Numbered from the stretch's first letter, positions 13,311 through 26,385 are shown. The stretch is 64,000 nt of DNA from Octopus sinensis (GCF_006345805.1 NC_043018.1:28086001-28150000); one strand, 5' to 3'. Numbers and translations: made by a program. The notes: a model not told the origin generated them from the sequence alone.

Positions 13311-14997
13311 TATTTCAGTGACTTGCATTTTCTTAATACGTTCCGGAAGAATCGAACGAGAATGTGCTAACTACTGCTGTATTTCGTCAAAGGAGAACAA
13401 CTTCTTTAAGGCGAATGTATGTCCATAACACACTCGATTCATTAGCATAAGGAAACCCTAGGTCACCCAGTGTTTCGACATCGTTCTGTCTCGTTAGCCA
13501 AAGGCACTCTGGGTTACTGAATCTAACAAATCGTCATATACGCGGCAAACAGCAAAAATCGAAACGAAGTGCATTATACTTGTTCTTAATATGTTTCGGC
13601 AGATTAGAGCGGCTTGCACGCAGTGTCGTTAGAATGTCGGACAAAGTCCTTGGTAGTATTTCGTCCGTTCTTCTGATTTCAAATTCTACCGAGTTTGACT
13701 TTGTACTAGTTGAACGCTGGAGACGAGGTAATCGACTTACCCCTCCTCGAAAATTGCTGGCCTTGTGCCAAAATTTGAAACCGATATGTTTCAGAAGAGG
13801 ATCTTTTAGGTTTGAACGGCAGTTTTTTCTAGCGGTGTCATATGAAATTGTCACCCATAATTATGACCCTAGAATCGATCTATTGCATTTCAATCTGCTT
13901 TAGTGTTAGGGTTAGGGTTAGGGGTGGGGAAGGGTATCTTTTTTTTCTTCAGAAATGTAAATAAACCCACTCTGTTTCTTAAACGAGGGACATATTCATA
14001 CGGCACAGAATGCTTTTTAACTCAATAGACGTCACTGATTGGTTGAAATTGCAGAAATTGAAGAAAAAAAACAACAAATATTTTACAAACTATAGAATTT
14101 TCGGATCTTTTCCTTTTCAACGGCAGATGTCAGCACAATTTCCTGTTAACTAAACACTTTTAAACTTCGTATACTGGTAGAATGTGTTTATAAAACATCA
14201 TTTTTTCTTGGTTTTATTGAGTAAATTCTATAGTTTGTAACATATTTCCACTATAAAATCGAGCATTTTGGCAATTTTAACCAATCAAATACGTCCATTT
14301 GTAGTCAAAACATACCGTGCCGTATGAATATGCCCCTCGTTTAAGAAACAGATTGGGTTTATTTACATTTGCGAAGAAAAAAAGATACCGTTCCCCCACC
14401 CCTAACCCTAACCCTAACCCTAATCCTAAAATAGATTGAAATGCAATAGCTCGATACCAGGGCCATAATTATGGGTGACAATTTCATACGACACTGCTAC
14501 GGAAAATGGGATTTTTTCTAGCGGTGTCAAATGAAATTGTCACCCATAATTATGGTCCTGGTATCGATCTATTGCATTTCAATCTATTTTTGGATTAGGG
14601 TTAGGGGTAGGAGAAGGGTATATTTTTTTCTTCGCAAATGTAAATAAACCCAATCTGTTTCTTAAACGAGGGGCATATTCATACAGCAAGGAATCTTTTC
14701 ACCCCAAATGGAGGTGAGCGATTGGTTAAAAATGCCAAAATGCTCGATTTTAAAGTGGAAATATGTTATAACATATGGAATTTTCTCAATAAAGCCAAGA
14801 AAAAAATGTTTTATAAACACATTCTACCAGTATACGAAGTTAAAATTTTTTAGTTACGTGGAAATTATGTTAAAAACTGCCGTTCAAACCGAAAAGATCC
14901 GAGGGGACAAATCCAATGTAGTATTTTTCTTTTCGAGGAAGGGTGGGGTGCGAAAAAACACCCAAAATAAGCAATGCTGATGTTTGTGGCAGAGCTG

Positions 14998-16194
14998 GGA
15001 TCTTTTCACTTTCGTAGCCTGAGGGCAGATTTTTCTAGTTAACTAAATAATTTGAAACTTCGTATACTGGTAGAGTGTCTCAAAAGAAAACACTAGTTCC
15101 AACTTGTTTATTTGAGAAAAATCTATTTTATGACTTTAAACGTATATTAAATCTGCGAATTTTAACCAATCATATTGTTTGTTTTCATTTGAAATAATTT
15201 ACTGCATTATCTTAGTGTGACGTAGAAAGCTATTTTGTGACGTAGACAGCTGTGCGTAGGTCTGTGTTTTGTGTGCGTGTGTGTGTGTTTGATGGGGTGT
15301 GGGAGACAGAAAGTATGTTGTGTAAGCGAAGTACTTCTGTTAGTGTGTGTGAAGAGACAGAGAGAGTAATGTGTGAAAGAGAGAGATAACTGAAATTTTT
15401 TACTCGGTGTATGTGTATATGTATGTATGCATGTATGTGTGTGTGCATGTATCTATGTATGTGTGTGTGTGTATGTATGTATGTGTGTATGTATGTGTGT
15501 GTGTGTATGTATGTATGGCCGATTCAGTGTTTACATTATTTCGAGTTAAAACGAAAGATTACCAAAAAAAATTTTGTCTATATCTTCGATCACTGTCATT
15601 ATTCCATTGAGTCAACCTCATTATTTTCTACATAGCAAAGGTAATCTTTCGTTTTAACTCGAAATAATGTAAACACTGAATCGGCCATACATACATACAC
15701 ACACACACATACATACACACACATACGAAAGATTGCCAAAGATAAAAAGTTACAGAAATAAAAGTTACAGAAATAAAAGTTACACGAAATAAAAGTTACA
15801 CGAATAAAGTAAGAAATAAAGATCACAAAATATATACGAAAATTTACAAAAACTAAGTTAGTTATATAATATATAAGTTTAATATATAAGTTAGTTAATA
15901 ATATATTGAAAAAATGTGAATAGAAACTGAAGGAATACGGTGATGTTAAATACGTCTGCAAAATAGCCGTTTACGTCTATTGAGACGGAGTAAATAATAT
16001 CAAGCCGAAAGACCGAATACTATTGGTTAAAATTCTAATTATTAAACAATGTTAAACTTAGAAATTACAATTCCGTTTTCATTCTGGTTTACAATTAAGT
16101 TTTCTTTTGACACATTCTACCAGTATACGAAGTTTCAAATTGTTTGGTTAAGTAGGAAAAATTTGACAAATCAGGCTACGAAAGTGAAAAGATC
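14998..16194. mobile_element. Nested 1.2-kb non-autonomous DNA transposon of the same GGATCTTTTC-terminus group
   Basis: TIR GGATCTTTTCACTTTCGTAGCCTGA / TCAGGCTACGAAAGTGAAAAGATCC; flanking 8-mers CAGAGCTG and CAGAGTTG (7/8 match). Confidence 0.8.
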
Positions 16195-16510
16195 CCAGAG
16201 TTGTCCGTAGTTGACTGTGAAGCTGTCGTCTGGGTTCTTCTAATTTTTTCGTGTGTCGGTGGCGGCGGTGTTGGCGTCCAATGCTCACACCTGCACCTGT
16301 GTTGCTTCTCCCCTTCTCCCCCTTCATGAAGCTGTGGGGAAGGCAGGGTAGGGAAATCACTGTCGTAAGCGTTGTCAAGGAGACCAGCGTTCTTTTCAAC
16401 GACGACTTCATGGCTTGAAGACGCCATGCTCAAAACAGAAAATGGCTTAGAAAAGCCGAAAACAAATTTAAAAATCGGGAAACACGCCGCACAGGGCAGG
16501 TTTCCGAATG

Positions 16511-16932
16511 GGATCTTTTCGGTTTGAACGGCAGTTTTTTCTAGCGGTGTCATATGAAATTGTCACCCATAATTATGACCCTACTATCGATCTATTGCAT
16601 TTCAATCTCTTTTAGGGTTATTGTTAGAGTTAGGGGTGGGGGAAGGGTGTCTTTTTTCTTCACAAATGTAAATAAACCCAATCTGTTTCTTAAACGAGGG
16701 ACATATTCATACGGCACAGAATGTTGTTTACCTCAATGGACGTCATTGATTGGTTGAAATTACAGAAATTGAAGAAAAAAAAACAACAAATATCTTACAA
16801 ACTATAGAATTTTCTCAATAAAGCCAAGAGAAAAAGATGTTTAATAAACACATTCTACAAGTATACGAAGTTTAAAATTTTTTAGTTACGTGCAAATTAT
16901 GTTAAAAACTGCCGTTCAAATCGGAAAGATCC
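16511..16932 (+). mobile_element. About 420-bp MITE (28-bp TIR), right arm of the composite unit
   Basis: TIR GGATCTTTTCGGTTTGAACGGCAGTTTT / AAAACTGCCGTTCAAATCGGAAAGATCC. Confidence 0.85.
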
Positions 16933-18572
16933 TCAGAAGATTAGGGTGGTGAGCTGGCTGAATCATCAGCATGCCGGACAAAATGCTTAGCAGCATTTCG
17001 TCCGACAATATGTTCCGACAGATTCGAACGCAAATATACTAATCTCTGTTGTGCTTCCGCAGTGAAGAATAACTTTTCCTTTAAAACGAATGTATTTTTC
17101 ATGGCATATTTGCTCTGCTTCATATTTCCCGTCTCACTATAAATTCTCTGTTGCTACCGTCTTTTCTAATATATCATCTCAATACACAAAACACTTCTCC
17201 ATTCGGTCGTTAAAATACTGTCCTTGTACGATCTACTTTGCCCTTATTTATTCTACTAATGCGTCTGCTTCTGTACACATCCCTTTAATATAATTATACA
17301 ATTACTCAGGCTAATATAAACCCACTGAATTAATTTAGTTTCGTCGAGAATTTATCATTCATTCACCTGGGAAAACTAAAATTTACTTTATAATTTGAAA
17401 TAGAATGTTTGAGCATGGTGATGGCCTTATTACTGTTGCTGTTGGTAATAGTGATGATGTTGGTGGTAGTGGTGGTGGCGGTGAGTAATGGTAGTGGTGA
17501 CACATTCGAGTCACTGAAGAAGCGTATGACTTCGTTGTCATCTATCATTTATTTTCTGTTTAAAATTTTCGTTATTATATTAATATATTTCGAGCAGATA
17601 GACGTCAACATTTTAAATTTAATTAAGAAGAAATGCGAAGTTGATCCACGTGTTATTTGAACTCATGACGTGAAGATACGTCGTTGAACACGTTGCGAAA
17701 TTTAGTTTGAAATGCTACCATTTCTTATTTCTTTATTGCCCACAAAGGGCTACACACAGACGGGACAAACAAGGACAGACAAACGGATTAAGTCGATTAT
17801 ATCGACTCCAGTGCGTAACTGGTACTTATTTAATCGACCCCGAAAGGATGAAAGGCAAAGTGGACCTCGGCGGAATTTGAACTCAGAACGTAACAGCAGA
17901 CGAAATACCTATTTCTTTATTACCCGCAAGGGGCTAAACGCAGAGGGGACAAACAAGGACAGACACACGGATTAAGTCGATTATATCGACTCCAGTGCAT
18001 AGCTGGTACTTATTTAATCGACCCCGAAAGGATGAAAGGCAAAGTCGACCTCGGCGGAATTTGAACTCAGAACATAGCGGCAGACAAACGGATTAAGTCG
18101 ATTATATCGACTCCAGTGCGTAGCTGGTACTTATTTAATCGACCCCATAAGCATGAAAGGCAAAGTCGACCTCGGCGGAATTTGAACTCAGAACGTAAAG
18201 ACATGAAATACTGCTAAGCATTTCGCCCGGAGTGCTAACGTTTCTGCCAGCTCGCCGCCGAGCAATACTCTAACCGCTAAACCACGCCACCCCACCTTTG
18301 CTGGCATACAATCACCTGAACTAACTGTGTGTTGTTCTTAGGTTAAATGACTCTCTGTGTTGCTACAGTTGATTCTGGCTCTATACAGAGTGATTTCATG
18401 TGCATCTCTCTTGTGTTTAGATATAGAATTACCTTTATGGTTTTGTTTTGATAATCTCAATTCACTCTCTCTCTCTCTCAAAATTCCTAAAGCACCGAGA
18501 TTCTGAAGCCCTACAGATTTCTCCAAGACAGCCGGATATGTAGAAGTGAAACTTCGGCTGTAACACGAAACG

Positions 18573-18608
<36 letters not shown>

Positions 18609-18796
18609 GTATATGTATATATCTATATATATATATGTATGTATATTAATGTATATATATGAATATATATATATGTAAGTATATTTAGGTACATATATGT
18701 ATATTTATGTATGTATGCATGTATGTATATATGTGTATATATGCATATATATACATACATATATGCATATATATATATATGTATGTGTATCTACAC

Positions 18797-18849
<53 letters not shown>

Positions 18850-18959
18850 GATGCATATATATATTTATTTTTAATGTATAAATACTTATAGTGAATATGT
18901 GCGTGCGTGTCTGTATGTTTATGTGTATATGTGTGTATATATATGTATGTATATACATA

Positions 18960-19000
<41 letters not shown>

Positions 19001-19054
19001 TATATATATGTATATGTATGTATATATATATATATAATATATATATATAAGTAT

Positions 19055-19120
<66 letters not shown>

Positions 19121-19465
19121 TATATATCAGTTCACGGTTTGATACGAGAAGAAATATAATTAATATTGATTTCTAGCGTAGATTGAATGCATTAAACTTG
19201 ACAAGAAAGTTATTGATGTGAGAAATTGAAAAATCGACACAAGCTGTTCAAGATGGCTGCTATATTTTATTGACCCCAGTGCGACAACAGTCAAATCTGC
19301 CTTCGACTGGACTCGAAATCAGAACTCTACGCGTATCTACTAAATACTGCAAGATACTTAAATACATGTTGCTCAAAAACTCACGTGGAAAGCATTTTAT
19401 TTATAACACGTTGAAATCATCATCATCATCATCATCGTCGTCGTCGTCGTCGTCATTATCAACAT

Positions 19466-19544
<79 letters not shown>

Positions 19545-19796
19545 TAATTAATTTGTTAATTAATTTTTTGTCATGTACAACAAGTACGTGTGTTTTCATC
19601 ATTATTTTATTTGTTTTGTTCAATTTTAGAAAAATTGAATCTTGTCTTTGAGAATTCTCAAGCGTATTGAACATATTTTCTGCGTGACCTTTGGCCGACC
19701 TTGTTCATTTAGGAATTTGAACTCAGAACGTAGCGGCAGACGAAATACCACTAAGCATTTCACCCGGCGTACTAACGATTTTGCTAGCTCGCCGCC

Positions 19797-19858
<62 letters not shown>

Positions 19859-19859
19859 C

Positions 19860-19912
<53 letters not shown>

Positions 19913-19934
19913 CATAGTAATAATAATAATAATC

Positions 19935-19976
<42 letters not shown>

Positions 19977-20407
19977 TAGAGAAATTAAGGCCAACAGACC
20001 AGATATAGTTGTCAAAGATCATGAAGAAAAAAAATGCTTTCTAATTGATGTATCAATACCGGCTGATGACAACGTGTCTCTAAAAGAAATGGAGAAACTC
20101 TCAAAATACAAAGACCTGGAAATAGAGGCAACCAGAATGTGGAATCTAAAAACAGAAACAATTCCTATCATAGTAGGTGCATTAGGCATGATAAAAAAAT
20201 ATTCAGACAAATACATAACAAAAACACCAGGACTTACAAACACATATAACATACAGAAAATTGCACTACTAGGCACTGCACACATCCTACGCAGAACACT
20301 TTCCATACAATAACCATCAGAGCATCACAACAAATCACAGTACATACCCAAGGCACACAGAGCTGCGCTCGGTAGTGAAGTGAAAGCACGCTATAAAAAT
20401 AAAACTA

Positions 20408-20411
<4 letters not shown>
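19977..20411 (+). mobile_element. 5'-truncated R4/Dong-type LINE (restriction-like endonuclease C-terminus plus 3' UTR) inserted in (AAT)n
   Basis: Open frame EIKANRPDIVVKDHEEKKCFLIDVSIP...KLSKYKDL...IPIIVGALG...ALLGTAHILRRTLSIQ* (PD..D REL motif). Long (AAT)n tracts on both sides. Confidence 0.88.
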
Positions 20412-20473
<62 letters not shown>

Positions 20474-20565
20474 GCTGACGTGAAGACCAAGTGTGTAATG
20501 CGTGTGTTTAACGTGCAAAAATATGACTTTTACTAAATTCTTGTTTAACATTTCTTCTTATGAAG

Positions 20566-20716
20566 GTAACCGTCGACAAAGAATTCGTACTGTTATTCTC
20601 TGTGGTAGACGAGAATGTGTCGTGGTACTTGGAGGACAACATAGCCAGCTACATACGAGACAAGAGTACACTAGATCGAATGGAAGAAGATTTTATTCGA
20701 TCGAATTTATTACACG
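20566..20716 (+). CDS. Multicopper oxidase exon (start of domain 4)
   Basis: Acceptor TTCTTATGAAG|GTA (phase 0); donor CACG|GTGAGA (phase 1). Translation VTVDKEFVLLFSVVDENVSWYLEDNI...EEDFIRSNLLH matches Cp VDKEF.L...VFDEN.SW.L.DNI...EDF.ESN.MH. Confidence 0.93.
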
Positions 20717-20984
20717 GTGAGAATATTTTCCATTACATCAAACAATTGAAAAGTATATCAATTCTCCAGACTTAATATTTATAGAGAAAATAATTGAAAT
20801 GAATCATATATTGTTTGGCTTCGTACTATAGCATATCTAAAATTGAAGATTATCAAAGCAGCTCTTACAATAAAGGTTATCGGAAATTTTCCAGACGTTT
20901 TATCCGACCTAATCACATATTATTATTACTTATCATCAATCGAATTTTATGAACGATATCACACTTAATCTCACATGATATAAC

Positions 20985-21020
<36 letters not shown>

Positions 21021-22036
21021 CATTTTACATCTTATCTAATATTATATAAGTGTTTAAGGTGGTGAGCTGGCCCAATCGTTAGCACGTCCGGCAAAATGCT
21101 TAGCGGTATTTCGTCTGCCGTTACGTTCTGAGTTCAAATTACGCCGGGTCGACTTTATCTTTCATCCTTTCAGGGTCGATAAACTAAGTACTAGTTACGC
21201 ACTGGGGTCGATATAATCGACGTAATCCGTTTGTCTGTCCTTGTTTGTCCCCTCTGTGTTTGTGGGTAGTAAAGGAATTGGTATTTCGTTAGTCTTTACG
21301 TTCTGGCTTCAAATCTCACCAAGGTCAAATTTGCATTTCTTCCTTTCGGGGTCGAGTAAATAAGTATCAATTTGATATCTGGTGTCGATGTAATCAACTT
21401 AATCCCTTACCCCCCCCCCCAAAAAAATCGCTGGCCTTGTGCTACAATTTGAAACTAATACTATAGAACTGTTTATTGCAGCTCGTGATATTTCGATACA
21501 AGAGATCATTCACAGCATTGAATACACCACATTAAACTAGATAAAATAAGTTGCAGATAAGTGACCGATGGTCACTTTGTTCACAATATATCGCTGGTAG
21601 AGACAGATTTTTGGCTATCACTCCAATGCGCTGGTGCGCGCGGCTGACATGAGCCAACCAGTTCGAAACCGGCTGGTCCCGCGATCCTGTCAGCTACTGG
21701 AGGATAGTAGGGGTTCGTAGCCCCTGCTAGCGCTGTATTGTATATAATTGTGCAGAGCTTGCACCGAAGACCAGCTGGTGGAGAATCCGCCTGTGATTAA
21801 ACTAGAAATAACACTCATCTGCCACTTAGTTGTCGCTACACGCTTTACTAATTGCCACATTGTTTAACCGTGAATAGGTATACGATTAACTTGCAGTATT
21901 TAGTTAACATCCGTTAAGATCTGATTTTGGATGTTGTCGAAATCCTGCTATGAATCTTTATCGAACTGGGGCCGATAAAATATAGAAGCCATCATGAAAT
22001 TGTAATAATTTTTCTATTGAAATGTGAAGCGTATTA

Positions 22037-22697
22037 AGGACAAAATTTATCATTTTTACTCTCAACCGAAGTAAGGCCCTATAACCTTACTACCTCCTCC
22101 TGGTCCAACAATAGGACAAAATTTATCATTTTTACTCTCAACCGAAGTAAGGCCCTATAACCTCACTACATCCTCCCGGTCCAACAATAGGACAAAATTT
22201 ATCAATTTTACTCTCAACCGAAGTAAGGTCCTATAACCTCACAACCTCATCCTGGTCCAACAATAGGACGAAATTTATCATTTTTACTCTCAACCGAAGG
22301 AAGGCCCTATAACCTCACTACCTTTTCCTGGTCCAACAATAGGACAAAATTTATCATTTTTACTCTCAACCGAAGTAAGGCCCTATAACCTTACTACCTC
22401 CTCCTGGTCCAACAATAGGACAAAATTTATCATTTTTACTCTCAACCGAAGTAAGGCCCTATAACCTCACTACATCCTCCCGGTCCAACAATAGGACAAA
22501 ATTTATCAATTTTACTCTCAACCGAAGTAAGGTCCTATAACCTCACAACCTCATCCTGGTCCAACAATAGGACGAAATTTATCATTTTTACTCTCAACCG
22601 AAGGAAGGCCCTATAACCTCACTACCTTTTCCTGGTCCAACAATAGGACAAAATTTATCATTTTTACTCTCAACCGAAGTAAGGCCCTATAACCTCA
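22037..22697. repeat. 76-bp minisatellite, 8.7 copies, with a 304-bp (4-mer) higher-order repeat
   Basis: Units start at 22037, 22113, 22189, 22265, 22341, 22417, 22493, 22569 and 22645. Diagnostic variants recur in the order A-B-C-D-A-B-C-D. Confidence 0.95.
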
Positions 22698-23059
22698 ATT
22701 TTATTGCAATGACTCGTAAAATGATCACTCACAAAAACATTACATTGTGAGTAAATAAATGAATGCAAATCACTGATTTACATTATATAAAATTATATCG
22801 GTATGTACGGAAGCTAAACCTTCGCATGTTTCAGTGTTATTACAACCTTGTCAGCAATGCTTTTGCTTTCTACAATAGCAATAAGAAAACAGTCGCTGTA
22901 AATATACACTAATTGCATAGAAAATGAGCACTGAATATTATCCCATTTTATTCAACGATATATCAATATACACCATCTTTTGTCATATCGTTCTCATGAT
23001 AGCATAAATTACCCGTCTATTCTCATCTTGCTGCCTTTATTTTTCATACGTATGTGAAG

Positions 23060-23272
23060 TCGTCAATGGATATGGTTATGGTAATCTTCCTGGGTTGGAC
23101 ATGTGCGTCGGGGACCGAGTTATGTGGCATATGTTTAACGTGGGCAATGAATTTGATGTACATACGATATATTTCCATGGTCACTCGTTCCATAAGCATG
23201 GAGTGAACAGCGACGCTGAGGAACTTTCACCAGCTTTGTCCAACTCGGTCATCATGGATATCGATAATCCAG
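23060..23272 (+). CDS. Multicopper oxidase exon (domain 4, type-1 Cu His ligand)
   Basis: Acceptor GTGAAG|TC (phase 1); donor CCAG|GTAGGT (phase 1). Translation VNGYGYGNLPGLDMCVGDRVMWHMFNVGNEFDVHTIYFHGHSF...MDIDNP aligns without gaps to Cp [33 protein letters not shown]. Confidence 0.93.
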
Positions 23273-23814
23273 GTAGGTCCTATTTGCTCGTATTCTTCAG
23301 CCAGTCTCTGTGTGTGTATGTTAGAGCACTTGTGTCTATATATGTGCATGTGTGTGTATGTGAGTGTGTCTGTGATCATGTGTGTGTGTTCGTGCGTGAG
23401 TGTGCACATGTATACATAAATATATACATATATAAGTCTCTGTGCGAGTGCGTGTATGCATGTATGTATGTATGTATGTATGTATGTATGTATGTATGTA
23501 TGTATGTATGTATGTATGTATGTATGTATTTATGTATGTATGTATGTATGTATGTATGTATGTATGTATGTATTTATGTATGTATGTGTGAGTGTATGTG
23601 AGTGTGTGTGTATGTAGGTTTATATGTACGCATGTACATATGTATATATATAGAAGAGATAGTGTAAAATTTGGATTCAGACAATTAAGCAGTACTCGCT
23701 GTAAGCTCGGCATTCAGAATCCGCTATCAGTTTGCGTCGAAACCATTCACCCTGTATCGTAATGTAATGTGCCCCATGTAACTGAAAATCATAGAATATC
23801 CGAACAATAAATTT

Positions 23815-25430
23815 ATTCTCCTATGTTCTTCTTTTACGTTGATCCTGTTGTCACCAGGGCATGCTATTCGATTATCATGCATGTTCTTTCGTTTTTTATT
23901 CACCACAACAATGTTCGGTTTCCGATGTCTGGTCAGGTGATTGCACTGGATCATTGCACCCCACAGGATTTTGCAATTCTCATTTTTGGCGACTCCTGAA
24001 ATTTTCTCATACCAGGTATTTGCTTTTTGTAGGCCGTGATTTCCACAGAGCTCCCAATGGATCATTCTTGCCTCATTGTCATGGCGTCTTTTGTATTCGC
24101 GTTGTGCAAATTTCGGGCATTCGCTAACGATGTGCCATACCGTTTCACCCCTCTCAGCACACATTCTGTCACTACCGGTAGTGCTGTCTATTCTGCACTT
24201 CATATAATTGATCCTTATTGCTTGTTCTTAAGCTGCGCATATGAATGCTTCTGTCTTTATCTTCAGGTCACATCTCCTCATCCATAGCCACCGGTCCTCT
24301 GTATCTGTCTTGGCGTTCACATCTCTTGCAAACTGACCGTACATTTTCTTTTCCTTCCATGCTGTTTCCTTTTTTTTTTGTTTTGTGCAGTTCGTGTTTA
24401 AATTTTTCTTTAGTTACGCAATTTTCAATTTCGATGACGCCGGCCTTCGTGTGTTTCAACAGTGGCTCCACAGCATTTTTATATACCACCCTATGCTGTT
24501 TTCCTCTCCTTCGGTACAGTCCTGGCAACTGATCAAACCTATCTCCCCCTTTCTGGACAAGTACGGCTTATCGGTGTCACTCTTAGTGTGGAAGTCTCCG
24601 TGTACTGTGAACATTTTTCTGGTCATGGTGTCCATTTTCTTCATTTCTCTCTTTTGCCATTTTATAATTCCCGCTCCATACCAAAGTGATGCTATCGCCC
24701 ACGTATTAACTGCTTGGATTTTATTCTATCCTATCAATTTTGAGCGCAACACCAATCTCAGTCTTCGGAAATATTCCATCCTTAGTTGCTCTTTCATTTC
24801 CTTTTCCATTATATCGTTGAACTCTAGTACACCAAGATATTTCTATTCTTCCGTTTCAAGTTACTTAATCACGTCCCTATTCGGTAATTCTATCCCTGCT
24901 AGGGACTGTACCTTGCTTCTTGTTATTGGTGGATTATTCCACACTTCTTGAGTCCAAATTCCATTCTAATAACAATACTAAAACAATGGACCGTTTTCAC
25001 CAAGGAACTCACTTGGGTCTCATCTTTGCCATACAGTTTCAAATCACCCATGAGAGGAGGTGGTTGATTGTTTGAGATTTTTCCTTTAGTTGGTTCCCCA
25101 GGTTCATTTTCCTAAATACCATGATCAGGATTATCATGCAGGGAAGAAAAAGCAACGGAGATAGGCTATCACCTTGGGAAATCCCTTTCTGATACCCAGG
25201 GTACCCAAGCTTTTCTTGTAAGTAAGATGTCAGTTCAGTTTTCCATCCCACCATACCTCTCTTCAGGAAACACGGTACATTCCTCGCAATTCCAAACACA
25301 TCGAAGCACTCGATGATCCACGAATGTGGACTCATATCATAAGCTTTACGATAGTCAATCCAGGCCATTCCCAGATTTGTTCTCCTTTGTTTACAATCTT
25401 GCATTACCATTTTGTCTATTAATAGTTGAT
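23815..25430 (-). mobile_element. Degenerate R4/Dong-type LINE fragment A (RT, CCHC knuckle, start of REL)
   Basis: [16 protein letters not shown]...[13 protein letters not shown] (RT); HTKSDTDKPYLSRK; ETVWHIVSECPKFAQREYKRRHD; HRKPNIVVVNKK. Multiple stops and frameshifts. Confidence 0.88.
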
Positions 25431-25439
25431 CTTTGGTAA

Positions 25440-26385
25440 CTCTGCATCTCCTTCTACATCACCTCGATCCTGACAACAGCTCCAATATTCTTAATATTGT
25501 TTTTCAAAGCCCTTGGAAACTGCTCCTAATGCTCCAGTTACCACCGGTATCGCCATTACTTTCCTCATGTCCCATAACTTTCCTATCTTGTCCTGCAGTA
25601 GCTGGTATTTCTCAATCTTTTCTGTTTCCTTAGATTTCACCCTTGAATCGCCTAGTATTGCAACATCTCTTATCTTCTATTTCGTCTTTATGAATGAGCA
25701 CGATATCTGGTCGTTTCGCCTCTATGACTTGGTTGCACTGCTTGTTACAATCCCAGAGTATTTTGTAATGCTCATTTTCATTACGCCATCTGGCTTGTGT
25801 TCATAGCATTGTTCGGCTCTCTCGAGGTTTGCTTTATTGCACAACAGCCAATGGACATATCTAGCCACTTTATTGAGTCTCCTTTTATATTCCCGTTGTG
25901 TTAGCTTACAGCACTCACTAACAATATGGCTTATACTTTCTCCGTTTTCAGAGCACGTCCTACACTGCGGCGAGTCAGTGCTTTTATCAATTAGATATTT
26001 GGAATAGTTTGTTCTGAGAGTTTGTCCTTGAGCACTGCAGAGTAATGCCTCAGCGGACCCTTTTAAGTCTCCTTTCTGCAGCCATTTCTAGGTTCTATTC
26101 CAATAAATCGCATCCTTATTCTTCAAGTACTGACTGTCCTGCCAAATTTTCTTCATCTGTTTTCTCTGTTCTTTCTCAAATTGTGTTGGATCTACGACTT
26201 CGTTCAGTTTTAAGGTTCCCGGCATTTCCACTGCGCCAATCAATTCTTCTTTATTTCCCTTGACATACCAATCCAGGCTATTCTCTTCATCTCTTGCACA
26301 ACCTTCACAACACACTAATCGCTTCCTCCATCTTTTCTCTTAACTTACAATCTTGACACATCGCTCTCGGGGTGTAGTTCCTGCT
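25440..26385 (-). mobile_element. Degenerate R4/Dong-type LINE fragment B (3' region), in tandem with fragment A
   Basis: LHPESDVSRL.VKRKDGG and CEGCARDEENSLDWYVK, plus a REL-type C-terminus; repeats the region covered by fragment A. Confidence 0.78.

Larger units (their letters stand above)
13799..16932. mobile_element. Composite DNA-transposon-like unit: outer MITE termini flanked by 8-bp TSD TCAGAAGA
   Basis: Left end GGATCTTTTAGGTTTGAACGGCAGTTTT at 13799 is preceded by TCAGAAGA (13791-13798). Right end AAAACTGCCGTTCAAATCGGAAAGATCC at 16932 is followed by TCAGAAGA (16933-16940). The inner MITE ends share no TSD. Confidence 0.7.

Noticed and set aside
13903-14421. Telomere or interstitial telomeric fusion site (TTAGGG facing CCCTAA)
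   Set aside because: Only 3-4 units, which are an internal part of MITE copies lying in opposite orientations.
19781-20015. Poly-Asn / poly-Tyr proteins (and poly-Leu, poly-Ile and poly-Met ORFs at 26.4, 47.8, 49-50 and 60.4 kb)
   Set aside because: Translations of trinucleotide microsatellites.
22037-22697. CRISPR array
   Set aside because: The units are contiguous 76-bp monomers with no unique spacers, the variable part itself repeats, there are no cas genes, and the context is a eukaryotic intron.
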